Of a stretch of 38,203 nt of DNA, positions 9,429-18,553 are shown in pieces; positions within the stretch are counted from its first letter, which is position 1, and every line of letters begins with the position of its first letter. The notes under the pieces are model-generated. The model ran no database searches, was not told the DNA's origin, and saw only the letters and a program-made list of their open reading frames with translations. Source of the stretch: a virus (Duplodnaviria > Caudoviricetes); IMG/VR virus record IMGVR_UViG_3300048599_000868, positions 1 to 38,203 of that record; one strand, 5' to 3'. Position numbers and translations under genes: made by a program.

Positions 9429-9527
9429 GTCGTTTCCGCCATATTAAACTTGACGCTTTATGCAAAACATCATTATATTGGTTTCAGAAGTGAAACTTCG
9501 ACAAGTATAATATGTCTTTAACGACAT
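9427..9527. promoter_or_regulatory. Divergent promoter region with candidate operators
   Basis: Plus-strand TTGACG (9450-9455)-N18-TATATT. Two near-copies of ATGTCG-N4-CGACAT (9427-9442, 9512-9527). Perfect GTTTCA-N4-TGAAAC (9481-9496). Confidence 0.55.
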
Positions 9528-9734
9528 TTCAAGTAAGAATTATGGAGAGAAAGGACATGGCAATTTCATTTATTACCTTTTTTTCGGTAGGCCGCAAAAA
9601 CAGCGGAATGTCACTGATCAAGCTTAGAAATTCAAAAGCCAGCACAATTCCGATCAATTGTGCCATCGGAGAAAATCTTGGCGCAGATTATTGCAATGTA
9701 AATATTAATTCATTTAACAATCAAAGGAGTCACT

Positions 9735-10544
9735 ATGAGATCTTCCGTTGAAGGAACAGCAATTTTTTTGGATATAAGAAATTTCACGAGTAATCTAAAC
9801 AACTTATTCACCGATGACTCATATCTCTCATTAATAGAAAAAGTTTATGAAAAAGGTATCGAATTAGGTATCGAATTTTGCTCTGAAAAAGAATTTTACA
9901 TAAATACAACAGGCGATGGTTTCCTGGCCATTTTCTTGGGTAAAGATAATTGCATTAATGCCTATTTCTATTCGTTATTGTTGCATCATTGCCTTAGTAA
10001 ATTATTCGTGGAGTATTTTAAGAGTGAGTTAATGACAGGCCAGTACTATTTCGGAATTGGTCTTGAATTTGGAGAAATGAAAAATGTCAGAACAAAGCAA
10101 ATAGACAAAGAAATTAATACATATCTCGGGAATGTAATCAATATTGCTGCAAGGCTTGAAGCGTTATCGAAGGATCACACGCGGTCCCCAATAATATTTG
10201 GCCCATGTCTTAATGAATGCTTAGTAAGAGAAATATTTGGAGAATGTTATACCGAGCTCATGGATCAAGCAAAAAAATCTGACAGTACAGAGAATGCCCA
10301 AGCACTCCATCAAAAAATGACCATGATTAATTCCAAATTACTATCTTCATACATATTTGAACATAAATTGAAGGGTGTTGATAGTCCTGTGCCTGTTTTC
10401 CGGGTATCACCAACTTTATTCAATATGGATACGAGTCACTTCAAAGATCTTGTTGGCTTACTACCAGATAATAAGATTAACAAAATACATGAAGTGCTAG
10501 ATAAACATTTGTGCAAAAAAGATACATATAAGGAGTGTCTATGA
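9735..10544 (+). CDS. Class III nucleotide cyclase (adenylate/guanylate cyclase fold; PycC-like candidate)
   Basis: FLDIRNFT, TTGDGFLAIF, FGIGLEFG and GNVINIAARLE contain both metal Asps and the Asn/Arg pair; AAGGAG SD. Confidence 0.85.
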   Translation: MRSSVEGTAIFLDIRNFTSNLNNLFTDDSYLSLIEKVYEKGIELGIEFCSEKEFYINTTGDGFLAIFLGKDNCINAYFYSLLLHHCLSKLFVEYFKSELMTGQYYFGIGLEFGEMKNVRTKQIDKEINTYLGNVINIAARLEALSKDHTRSPIIFGPCLNECLVREIFGECYTELMDQAKKSDSTENAQALHQKMTMINSKLLSSYIFEHKLKGVDSPVPVFRVSPTLFNMDTSHFKDLVGLLPDNKINKIHEVLDKHLCKKDTYKECL

Positions 10545-11470
10545 AACAAGTAATATTTAACGTGGGTGGTGCTCTGGCAAGTTATTTGGAATATGATAAC
10601 AAGAAAATACTAATTGATATTGGATCATGCAATTCCTTTAATCCCATCACAGATTTTTTAGTTCCGCTTTCTGAGAAAAGATCTGCTAAAACAAATAACA
10701 AGTTTAACATCGATCAGTTAATAATAAGCCATCCACATAACGATCATTTGTCTACAATTGAAGACTTTGATAAGTATTTTACTGCAGATCTTGTTACCTG
10801 TCCCAATGATAATCCAGGTCAAGAAGAAAAACACAAAGTGAAATGGAGTTTGGTTGATAATCCTTCAGAGGAATATGTGACATATTTACGGGATTCAATT
10901 CTTCCTGGACGCAAACCTCCACTTAAACCAACAAACCCAATTAATCAGTTTCTATATTATATTCCCCCCAAGGAATGTGAGGGTAATAATGATCTTGATG
11001 GAAAGAATTATACTAACAACCTGAGCGTTGCTTTCTATTTCAGAATTAATGGTTATAAACTTTTTATGCCGGGCGATTTGATGAAAGACGGAATGGAATA
11101 TTTAATCAAACACGAAAGCAGCCTGCGATCAAAGTTAGCCGAAGGAGTTGATATTCTGGTTACACCACATCATGGTTTAAAATCTTCATTTTCAACGTAT
11201 TTATTTGATCATATAAAAGATAAAAAAACCAGGTGTCTTAATATTGTGCCCGAGCAATCAACAAGTGAAGATAGTAACAGAATTGTTGATTCACGATACA
11301 GTAGCACAGAATACTGTATGGGTATTAACAATTTCAGTACAAGAGAATCTGTTGTTTGCCAGAAAAAAACTTCAACCGGACATATCTATATTGATTACAA
11401 CAAATCAAGTTATCCAGTAATCGAAGTTATCAACAACGACAAGGAGTTGATTAAGAGATTTGCTAATTAA
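10541..11470 (+). CDS. ComEC/Rec2-like metallo-beta-lactamase-fold hydrolase (soluble)
   Basis: FNVG, ILIDIG, SHPHNDH (HxHxDH), NNLS, PGD, PHHG; ATG 10541 overlaps the cyclase stop (ATGA) with AGGAG SD. Confidence 0.85.
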   Translation: MKQVIFNVGGALASYLEYDNKKILIDIGSCNSFNPITDFLVPLSEKRSAKTNNKFNIDQLIISHPHNDHLSTIEDFDKYFTADLVTCPNDNPGQEEKHKVKWSLVDNPSEEYVTYLRDSILPGRKPPLKPTNPINQFLYYIPPKECEGNNDLDGKNYTNNLSVAFYFRINGYKLFMPGDLMKDGMEYLIKHESSLRSKLAEGVDILVTPHHGLKSSFSTYLFDHIKDKKTRCLNIVPEQSTSEDSNRIVDSRYSSTEYCMGINNFSTRESVVCQKKTSTGHIYIDYNKSSYPVIEVINNDKELIKRFAN

Positions 11471-11530
11471 ATCGTACTGATATCAGTGGACAGATTATTT
11501 TCAATTAGGTTTGCCAGTTATCTGTCAAAC

Positions 11531-14077
11531 CTAATTACTCGATTCGACAGCAACCACGGTATCATACAGTCCATAACTAGTAAGTCCTTCATGACTATTA
11601 ATCCCCGTGTATCGTAGCGAGGCGTCTTCGTACCTTCTGAATGCAAATACCGCTTGATTCATCTGCTCTGTATTGAACACTTTAAGGCGAACGAGCAAAT
11701 GGAAATCATTCACATTAAGCCCTGTGACTGCTAGAAATAAATCAGGTTCTATTTTGGTAATAACATCTTGAAGTGTGTTTTCTCGAAAGTCAGTTAAATA
11801 CATGAAAGCCGGAATACGGGTAGCAAACTTGATAAGCCTCTCCTGTACAAGTTTACGTTTTGATTTGTACTCTTTTTCTTCCTCAGTAAGTTCTTTCTTA
11901 TCGGCGAAAGAAAGCTCCTTCTTCTTTGCTTTGTTTTTCAGTTTTTTTACTATATCGCTTTTATTGATGATTGTTTCGATTACATTATCACCGAGTGCTC
12001 GCCATCCTTCGATGCGTTCGACGGCTGCCATAGCATCAGGATTATCCATTATACGACGTAACGTGTCGTTGTCCACATTGACGAGTAACGCTGACTCCCA
12101 TTTTCGTGCCAAAAGAGTTGCGGATGTTCCAGCCATTGCGATATCAAGGATTCCTCCTGCGTCAATCTGCGTCATATTCGCGCCATCATAGGCAAGGACA
12201 GGTAGGAAAGAGACAAGGTCTTTTACTGCATTTTCAGGATTAAGCTCATTTGGTGAAAGTCCAATTCCATATTCGGAAAGTTGTCGGAGAGCTCTAGTCG
12301 GTGCAAAGTCGAACACAAAACAGGCTGGTTTAAGTATTTCTTCTTCATTCGGATTATCCCCATTGGGATTTTTGATTGACCATGGAGATTGTACGCGGAA
12401 AGCTGCTTGGAAATAAGTCTCGGGAGATTTTAGATTACGAAGCATTAAGATTGATGACCACTGCGGTACAGTCACGCCGGTTGTTAATTTGCCACATGAC
12501 AGCGTGATTGTCTTTGTCTCAAATCCGCTGCCGATCGCTTTTCGAACAGGCGGCAGTGCCTCCAATCCGATACCGGCAGAAATGCCTGCTGCGACGATGA
12601 CTGTATAATCGTGCCAAAAAGTATTATGCTTTTCTGCTAACAGGTTGGCCATTGCACGGCAAGAAGCGACGTTTGGCATAAACCAAAATGAATGTTGGAG
12701 GTATGGCAGTAACCGAACATCGGAATAGGGAAAAGGTGGGCGAGTTCCCGTCTTCAAGCTTTCGACGGCATTCGATGTATATGATCCCCTAATTATTTCC
12801 AGCCATTTTTGCACATCTCTCTTATATTTGAATTGTACATCAATACCAGTATCTTCGGCTGCGAAGAACTCGTTCAGATCGAACTCATCGAATTCTCCAG
12901 CGCTTGCGATTGTCACTAATTCATCCGGCATTTGGTAAGTTAATAGTCTCATCTGAGGAAGAGCGCCATAGGGATTTCTCTCGCTGGGATGTTCAGCCGC
13001 ATAATCTTCCTTGGCTCGTTGTTCGTCAGTATAGGTCCAGTTGAAAATTTGTTCTTCGATAAACTCACCGGTTGCCAGAGCTTTAAATGGCGTACCGGAT
13101 AGGTAGAGATAAGCCTTTGTTGTGATCGGGAGAAATTCCATTTCTTTCTCTGAAAGAACACTAAGGTCTTCATTAATTATATCCAAGTCGGCAGCGTACT
13201 CAATCTTTGCTTCTTTTTTTGCAGCCGCCTCATCTTCGCCTTCAAATAGCTCCTTTGATGTTTCCCTCCAAGCTCCAAAATGGTATTCATCAAAAACAAC
13301 CAGATCCCAATTTACTGTGTGTATCCATGTATTATTTGGTTTTATGTTTCCGGCATCGTCCCGACCAAGTAGATCTTGAAAAGAACCAAAATATACAACC
13401 GGTTTTTTGTTATCCACCTCTGTCGGATCCATTTCTGACTTACGGGATAAATATTGCCAACCATCGAAGTCAATATGGGACTCCAGGTCTGTCTGCCAGG
13501 CATCTTCAACAGCAGGTTTAAAGGTTACGACGAGTACTCGTTTTGCTCCTAATTTTCTAGCTAATTGATACGTGGTGAATGTTTTTCCGAAACGCATCTT
13601 AGCATTCCAGAGAAAACGTGGAGCTGATTTTTGGTTCTCTTTCCATATTGAGTAGTAATACTCAAAGGTCTTTTCAACGGCCTCAGCCTGCTCTTTGCGC
13701 ATAGGGAATGTTTCGTGATGGCTACCGGTATATCGCTTTCCAGTACGTAGTTCCGTAAGTACTGTTCGTACATCAGCGACAGAGCATTTCATCCATTCCA
13801 GTTCAGTATTTATAAATCCTTTCTTAACAAGAGCCGAACGAACCTGATGATCAGTTATTAGTGACCCGTCCAATCGTTCTGCTGATTCATCTAGTTCAAT
13901 TTTGTAATTCTTAATGGCAGCTGTTTTTACTTGCTCAGCAATTCGTTGCTTCACATCTCTTGTCGTCTGTCCAACTTTTAGAAGCCCTTGATGTGCTTTA
14001 TCATCTATTCTGTACGCGTAGATTCGCGGACTCACTTCCGGTTTACGTGCTAGAATATCATCAATCGATTTATTCAT
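11531..14077 (-). CDS. GIY-YIG nuclease fused to SF2 helicase (restriction subunit)
   Basis: IYAY..LLKVGQTTR..RI..E; Walker A-like AKMRFGKT; DEYH; SGT; QAAFRVQS; ATG 14077 overlaps the MTase end. Confidence 0.8.
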   Translation of the reverse strand: MNKSIDDILARKPEVSPRIYAYRIDDKAHQGLLKVGQTTRDVKQRIAEQVKTAAIKNYKIELDESAERLDGSLITDHQVRSALVKKGFINTELEWMKCSVADVRTVLTELRTGKRYTGSHHETFPMRKEQAEAVEKTFEYYYSIWKENQKSAPRFLWNAKMRFGKTFTTYQLARKLGAKRVLVVTFKPAVEDAWQTDLESHIDFDGWQYLSRKSEMDPTEVDNKKPVVYFGSFQDLLGRDDAGNIKPNNTWIHTVNWDLVVFDEYHFGAWRETSKELFEGEDEAAAKKEAKIEYAADLDIINEDLSVLSEKEMEFLPITTKAYLYLSGTPFKALATGEFIEEQIFNWTYTDEQRAKEDYAAEHPSERNPYGALPQMRLLTYQMPDELVTIASAGEFDEFDLNEFFAAEDTGIDVQFKYKRDVQKWLEIIRGSYTSNAVESLKTGTRPPFPYSDVRLLPYLQHSFWFMPNVASCRAMANLLAEKHNTFWHDYTVIVAAGISAGIGLEALPPVRKAIGSGFETKTITLSCGKLTTGVTVPQWSSILMLRNLKSPETYFQAAFRVQSPWSIKNPNGDNPNEEEILKPACFVFDFAPTRALRQLSEYGIGLSPNELNPENAVKDLVSFLPVLAYDGANMTQIDAGGILDIAMAGTSATLLARKWESALLVNVDNDTLRRIMDNPDAMAAVERIEGWRALGDNVIETIINKSDIVKKLKNKAKKKELSFADKKELTEEEKEYKSKRKLVQERLIKFATRIPAFMYLTDFRENTLQDVITKIEPDLFLAVTGLNVNDFHLLVRLKVFNTEQMNQAVFAFRRYEDASLRYTGINSHEGLTSYGLYDTVVAVESSN

Positions 14078-15725
14078 CATCATCTTCTTCAATAACTACA
14101 TCTTCATCATCAACATCACCTACAAGGTCCATTGGACGTACAACTTTTTCTATGAAGGCGATCTCATTTTCTGATAAACCATACTTCTTATAAAGGTCAA
14201 TATCATTCCACTGCTTTGTCCATATTTGTGTTGGGACAAATGTATAAACCTTCCGTGTTGTGTGCTGTGATGGCTTATGAAGTAAAATAAGTAAACGCGT
14301 TAGCCTACAGGACAGATAAGATAATACACTTTCTGCTTGGCTTTTCGTGTCAAATGGTCCTAGACAGAGATATGTCTCGGAGCAAATCGTTCCTGGTTCT
14401 CCTAAAAATGGAGTACTAAGGATTTTATGTGGATAAGTGTCCTTGTTGCCTGTTCCAGGAGCAGCTGCGCCAACATATACTTTCCAATTATCAATTAGAT
14501 TCATTCCTATGGTTATTGAGGATCTACTGATATATGCTTTACCGCCGTTTTGATACACAAGAATATCACCAGGGGATTTAGTCGCCTTTCCTTGAAAAAA
14601 AGTTCGGAGACCAAACGGTCTACTTGAACTGACTAGTTGATCGAATCGTTTATCTTCTGGTAATAAGAGTGAATTACTCTGTTCACTTTCAAATGCAATG
14701 ACTTTTTTTAGAATTGAAAGGCCTTCATTAAAACGGATAAATATATCTGCACCTTTCTCAAGAAGGGGACGTAAATCCGTTGAAGGCGCATCGTTTTTAA
14801 AATAAGTGTTGACTTTACAAAGACCGTGATTATCTCTGTCCCAAAGAAAGAAGCAAACACCTCCTTTAAGGCCTATTCCTGGAAAAACATCTGATGCATT
14901 TAAATAATCGTCTATAGAACGAATTCTATCATCACTGAGCATCGATTCTCTAAAGTCATCCAATCCTTTACCACCGGCAAACCATCTAGCAGGAATAATC
15001 ATAGATAAATAACGTGGTTCAAGATTTTTTGCTTGTTGTACGAATCGTTGGTAAATTGGCGCGGCACTTGTGCCATAGCCGCCATCTTCTAATTGGTATG
15101 GCGGATTACCGATAATAACATCAAATTGCATATTGTCTCCAAACATCTCATTTAGGTAAGTCTTGATATCATTAGTATGTATGAACGCATAGGCATGCGT
15201 CTCGAATCCTTCACCTCGCTCGAGACTTTTCTGACTTGCTCCGCAAAACGAACACTTACCGTCAACCCACTGATGCATAGTTCGTTCAAACCATATATTC
15301 CCGACATCTGTTGTAAATGACTTCGCAATAGAATGCTTCCCATTTGCATACTTTGAGCAGTACACACTGCGTCTTGCAAGTAGGCTTGTAAGTTTAGTTA
15401 TGCCTATTCCGTAAACCTGCTTAGTTAAAATATGATCGACACGGTCTTCAAGGGTAGGAATTTTATCAGTTAATCCGACTGTTAAACGTCTAGTTATCTC
15501 TCGTAAGAATACACCTGATTTTGTAAATGGATCTAGAAACTTGACTGTACTGTCTGCCCAGATATTTGCCCCTTTATGATCTTCAGCCCATGTATTAGTG
15601 AGTGTATCCAACATCTTGTTAGCAAATTCGGGAGGTGTAAAAACCTCGTCATTAGAAAGATTCGCAATACAGGTAAGCACGTCAGGATTACGTCCCCTGA
15701 GGGATATACTCACTTGTTCGCTCAT
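14070..15725 (-). CDS. Eco57I-like N6-adenine DNA methyltransferase / specificity protein
   Basis: EVFTPP, degenerate motif I FLDPFTKSGVF, motif IV GNPPY, C-terminal TRD-like region. Confidence 0.85.
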   Translation of the reverse strand: MSEQVSISLRGRNPDVLTCIANLSNDEVFTPPEFANKMLDTLTNTWAEDHKGANIWADSTVKFLDPFTKSGVFLREITRRLTVGLTDKIPTLEDRVDHILTKQVYGIGITKLTSLLARRSVYCSKYANGKHSIAKSFTTDVGNIWFERTMHQWVDGKCSFCGASQKSLERGEGFETHAYAFIHTNDIKTYLNEMFGDNMQFDVIIGNPPYQLEDGGYGTSAAPIYQRFVQQAKNLEPRYLSMIIPARWFAGGKGLDDFRESMLSDDRIRSIDDYLNASDVFPGIGLKGGVCFFLWDRDNHGLCKVNTYFKNDAPSTDLRPLLEKGADIFIRFNEGLSILKKVIAFESEQSNSLLLPEDKRFDQLVSSSRPFGLRTFFQGKATKSPGDILVYQNGGKAYISRSSITIGMNLIDNWKVYVGAAAPGTGNKDTYPHKILSTPFLGEPGTICSETYLCLGPFDTKSQAESVLSYLSCRLTRLLILLHKPSQHTTRKVYTFVPTQIWTKQWNDIDLYKKYGLSENEIAFIEKVVRPMDLVGDVDDEDVVIEEDDDE

Positions 15726-16393
15726 AGAGTATCCTTTGGCGAAATATTTGAATATATGGAGGCAAGGTCTTCTATTGACATTGGAGGATACGTCTTTGTT
15801 GGTGTAAATATTTCATGTTTCCCGAGATCAGCAAAGAGACTATCCTGTTCACCAAAGGAAGACATTTGCGTAAGCGAGTCAAAACGGAAATCTCTGCGTT
15901 GAAACTTTCCTTTACCAAGATAGCCCCACTCTGCAAAGGTGATGGGATCTCCATGAGGTGTCTTCATAGTGAGAGCATCACCCTGCACAATATTCTGTGA
16001 TAAAACGAAGGATGCAGCTCTGTATAATGAATCCGCCTCGCCAAGATGTAGGTAGTCGGAAAAGATCTCGAGTATGTTTTCACGGCATTCAACAATGTTA
16101 TCAGCTAGTAATTCGATGCCGTATGCGCTCATCAAGGCAAGAAGGGCATAATGCTGTTTCTCGAAGTCTGATTTACCATATTTTATCTCGACGGCAGCTA
16201 GCTTCCGTTTAAGTATCTGTACAAGAAAGTTACCGCTTCCACATGCCGGTTCCAAGAATCGGGAGTCAATACGCTCTGTCTCGTCTTTGACCAGATCAAG
16301 CATCGCCTCAACCATCCAAGCCGGTGTAAAAACTTCACCATGATCAGCGACACGCTGTTTTGATTTTACAAGTCTATCGGGTTCTTCATTCAT
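15722..16393 (-). CDS. Small SAM-binding methyltransferase-like subunit
   Basis: HGEVFTP, FLEPACGSGNF (motif I), YGIEL; no NPPY motif. Confidence 0.8.
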   Translation of the reverse strand: MNEEPDRLVKSKQRVADHGEVFTPAWMVEAMLDLVKDETERIDSRFLEPACGSGNFLVQILKRKLAAVEIKYGKSDFEKQHYALLALMSAYGIELLADNIVECRENILEIFSDYLHLGEADSLYRAASFVLSQNIVQGDALTMKTPHGDPITFAEWGYLGKGKFQRRDFRFDSLTQMSSFGEQDSLFADLGKHEIFTPTKTYPPMSIEDLASIYSNISPKDTL

Positions 16394-16707
16394 ATTTTTG
16401 TTAAAAACACTCCAAATAGCAAAAAATATACATTGTTTTAGTAGGAATACATATATAGAATTGAAAACTCTACTTCCTCTTAGTATATCACTCTTCGGTT
16501 TCCTTTTGTGGTGTTTCTATATCCCATAATCATTATTTGATGGAGACCTCATCACGTTCGATACAAAAACGTTTTCGAACTGGCAGAAGGTAGCTAAATA
16601 TCAATTAATTGTTTGGAATTGAAAAAAGCCTAAGCATGATAAGTCTTCAAATCTTATCGTAATTTGAAAAATAACCAATCGTGGCTCATATTCAATTTTC
16701 ACATATA

Positions 16708-17256
16708 CTACTCATTCCAATCCCAAAATTCCAAAGCTTCCTCAGCCTCACCATCCCCTTCATTAAATGCTTTCAGAAGCCAAAATCTTGCCATGCCGCG
16801 ATTAGGCGGACGATCTGCGCTACCGTCATAGTACCTTTCTGCTAAATTGAAAAATGCGTCATAACATCCAGCTTCTGCTGCAGAAAGAAGAAGAGAAAAA
16901 CCTTTTTTTTCATTTCGCGAACATCCACAACCCATTAAAAAAAGTTTTGCCAAATGCACCTTTCCTTGTAAATCGTTTTGATTGCACGACTTACTATACC
17001 AATGGAAAGCCTTTAGACTGTTTTGTGGAGTACCACAACCATATTGATAACATGCTCCAAGGCGCCATTGAGCCTCAGAATTACCATAACGCGCTGAGAG
17101 AGTATAATAATGAACAGCATTTTCAAGGTTCTTTTCCGTTCCTACTCCACAGAAATAACAGTAACCAATTAACAAGAGTAGATCAGGACTCTTCGTATCT
17201 AGACTTTGTAAGAACAACTGAGCATCACATTCCTGAATGTCTTTTTCATTTCTCAT
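16708..17256 (-). CDS. Sel1-like repeat protein
   Basis: Repeated G..Y..G.G...N...A..WY..SA..G...AQ units. Confidence 0.9.
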   Translation of the reverse strand: MRNEKDIQECDAQLFLQSLDTKSPDLLLLIGYCYFCGVGTEKNLENAVHYYTLSARYGNSEAQWRLGACYQYGCGTPQNSLKAFHWYSKSCNQNDLQGKVHLAKLFLMGCGCSRNEKKGFSLLLSAAEAGCYDAFFNLAERYYDGSADRPPNRGMARFWLLKAFNEGDGEAEEALEFWDWNE

Positions 17257-17315
17257 AATTCATCCCTTTTGGTAGTTACAATCCTATTGTAGGTTAAGAT
17301 TAACTTGCCATACCG

Positions 17316-17336
17316 CCGTGTCATATATGGACACGG
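17316..17336. promoter_or_regulatory. Perfect palindrome CCGTGTC-N7-GACACGG, candidate WYL-regulator operator
   Basis: Lies in the divergent Sel1/LRR intergenic region; same core as 20910-20932. Confidence 0.65.
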
Positions 17337-17380
17337 TAGGAATTGCGTTACTAATTGATGATTATTCATGGCTATTCATG

Positions 17381-17399
17381 TGTATCCGATTCTGACACA
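17381..17399. promoter_or_regulatory. Imperfect second operator TGTATC-N7-GACACA
   Basis: One mismatch to GTGTC-N7-GACAC; ~34 nt upstream of the LRR gene. Confidence 0.5.
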
Positions 17400-17432
17400 T
17401 CTCAAGGTTACTCTGATTAAGGGAGGGTAACT

Positions 17433-18536
17433 ATGGAAATTGATGGCACAACACTCATAATAACGGATGCAAGAGAAAGATTCGATACGGATACCCTTAA
17501 TAGACCCGATACAAACTCGAAAAATAAAATATGCCAGAAAATAAAAAAAGTAATGATCGGTAAATCGTTGTCAGTCCTCCAGTCGTATGATGGAAATCCA
17601 GATCCTTTCAATGAATACTCCAATCTTGAGAGGATTACAGTATCACCTGAGAATATGGTGTTTCGTGATATTGACGGTGTACTCTTCACAAAAGATGGAA
17701 CAAGACTCATTACGTTTCCTGACTGTCATTCATCGGAATATATCATACCTGATTCTGTTATTCACATAGAGAGATCTGCATTTGATTATGCAAAAAAACT
17801 TGAAACAATTACGTTTGGAAAGAACGTGAAGACTATCGGCCTTGCTGCTTTTTTCCATTGCGTGAAGCTCAAAAGCGTCTGTCTCCCAGCGGGGTTAATA
17901 TCGATAGGTCCAGGAGCATTCTCATTCTGTTCAAGCCTCAAGGATCTGGAACTCCCCGCCAGTATAGAAGAAATCGGACATTCCTTATTTTATGAATGTT
18001 CATCTCTTCAAAGAGTATCAATGATTAATGATACGGGGCAAAAGTTTCGAACTACCGAAGGTGTGGTTTTTGAGTCAACTACAAACACCCTAGTTCGCGT
18101 TCCTCCGGGGTATCCAGCTCCAGTGTATGCTATTCCTCCAGATACAGTTATTATCGATGATTATGCATTTGCTAACTGCAATAATCTCGAGGAAATAATT
18201 ATCCCTGCCTCAGTTTCTATAATTAGCGGAACGTCACTTACGATGACTACGAATCTTCAGCGATTTACCGTATACAAACAAAATCGCTTTTTCTGCGATA
18301 TTGACGGGGTCCTTTTCAGTAAGGATAAAAAAAGGCTTATTGCGTATCCAGGTGGAAGATATGGTTCCTATGCAGTACCTGACTTTGTTCAGGAGCTCGG
18401 TGATTTTTGCTTTTTTAGTGTGATATTTGTCAAAAAAAACTTGAGTGTAACTATCCCGAATGAAGGGTCCATCAAAAAAGGTTTATCGATATTCAATCCA
18501 AAAACAGAACTTAAGGAGGAAGGAGAGGAGTCGTAG
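17433..18536 (+). CDS. BspA-family (TpLRR) leucine-rich repeat protein
   Basis: Repeats IP.SV..I...AF..C..L..I and DIDGVLF(T/S)KD..RLI..P; GGAGG SD; no obvious signal peptide. Confidence 0.9.
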   Translation: MEIDGTTLIITDARERFDTDTLNRPDTNSKNKICQKIKKVMIGKSLSVLQSYDGNPDPFNEYSNLERITVSPENMVFRDIDGVLFTKDGTRLITFPDCHSSEYIIPDSVIHIERSAFDYAKKLETITFGKNVKTIGLAAFFHCVKLKSVCLPAGLISIGPGAFSFCSSLKDLELPASIEEIGHSLFYECSSLQRVSMINDTGQKFRTTEGVVFESTTNTLVRVPPGYPAPVYAIPPDTVIIDDYAFANCNNLEEIIIPASVSIISGTSLTMTTNLQRFTVYKQNRFFCDIDGVLFSKDKKRLIAYPGGRYGSYAVPDFVQELGDFCFFSVIFVKKNLSVTIPNEGSIKKGLSIFNPKTELKEEGEES

Positions 18537-18553
18537 AAGATATAATATAAGGT

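Noticed and set aside
9512-9751. 79-aa ORF (or 64 aa from ATG 9557) upstream of the cyclase
   Set aside because: It has a possible SD but no recognisable features and overlaps the putative operator and leader. It cannot be supported, though a small third component is not excluded.
9735-11470. Calling the cyclase operon canonical Pycsar or CBASS, or the MBL a competence ComEC or antibiotic beta-lactamase
   Set aside because: No TM/TIR effector, no CD-NTase motifs, no ComEC membrane domain and no signal peptide.
11476-11526. Short inverted repeats between the convergent MBL and helicase-nuclease genes
   Set aside because: Weak stems without a clear U-tract; not enough to call a terminator.
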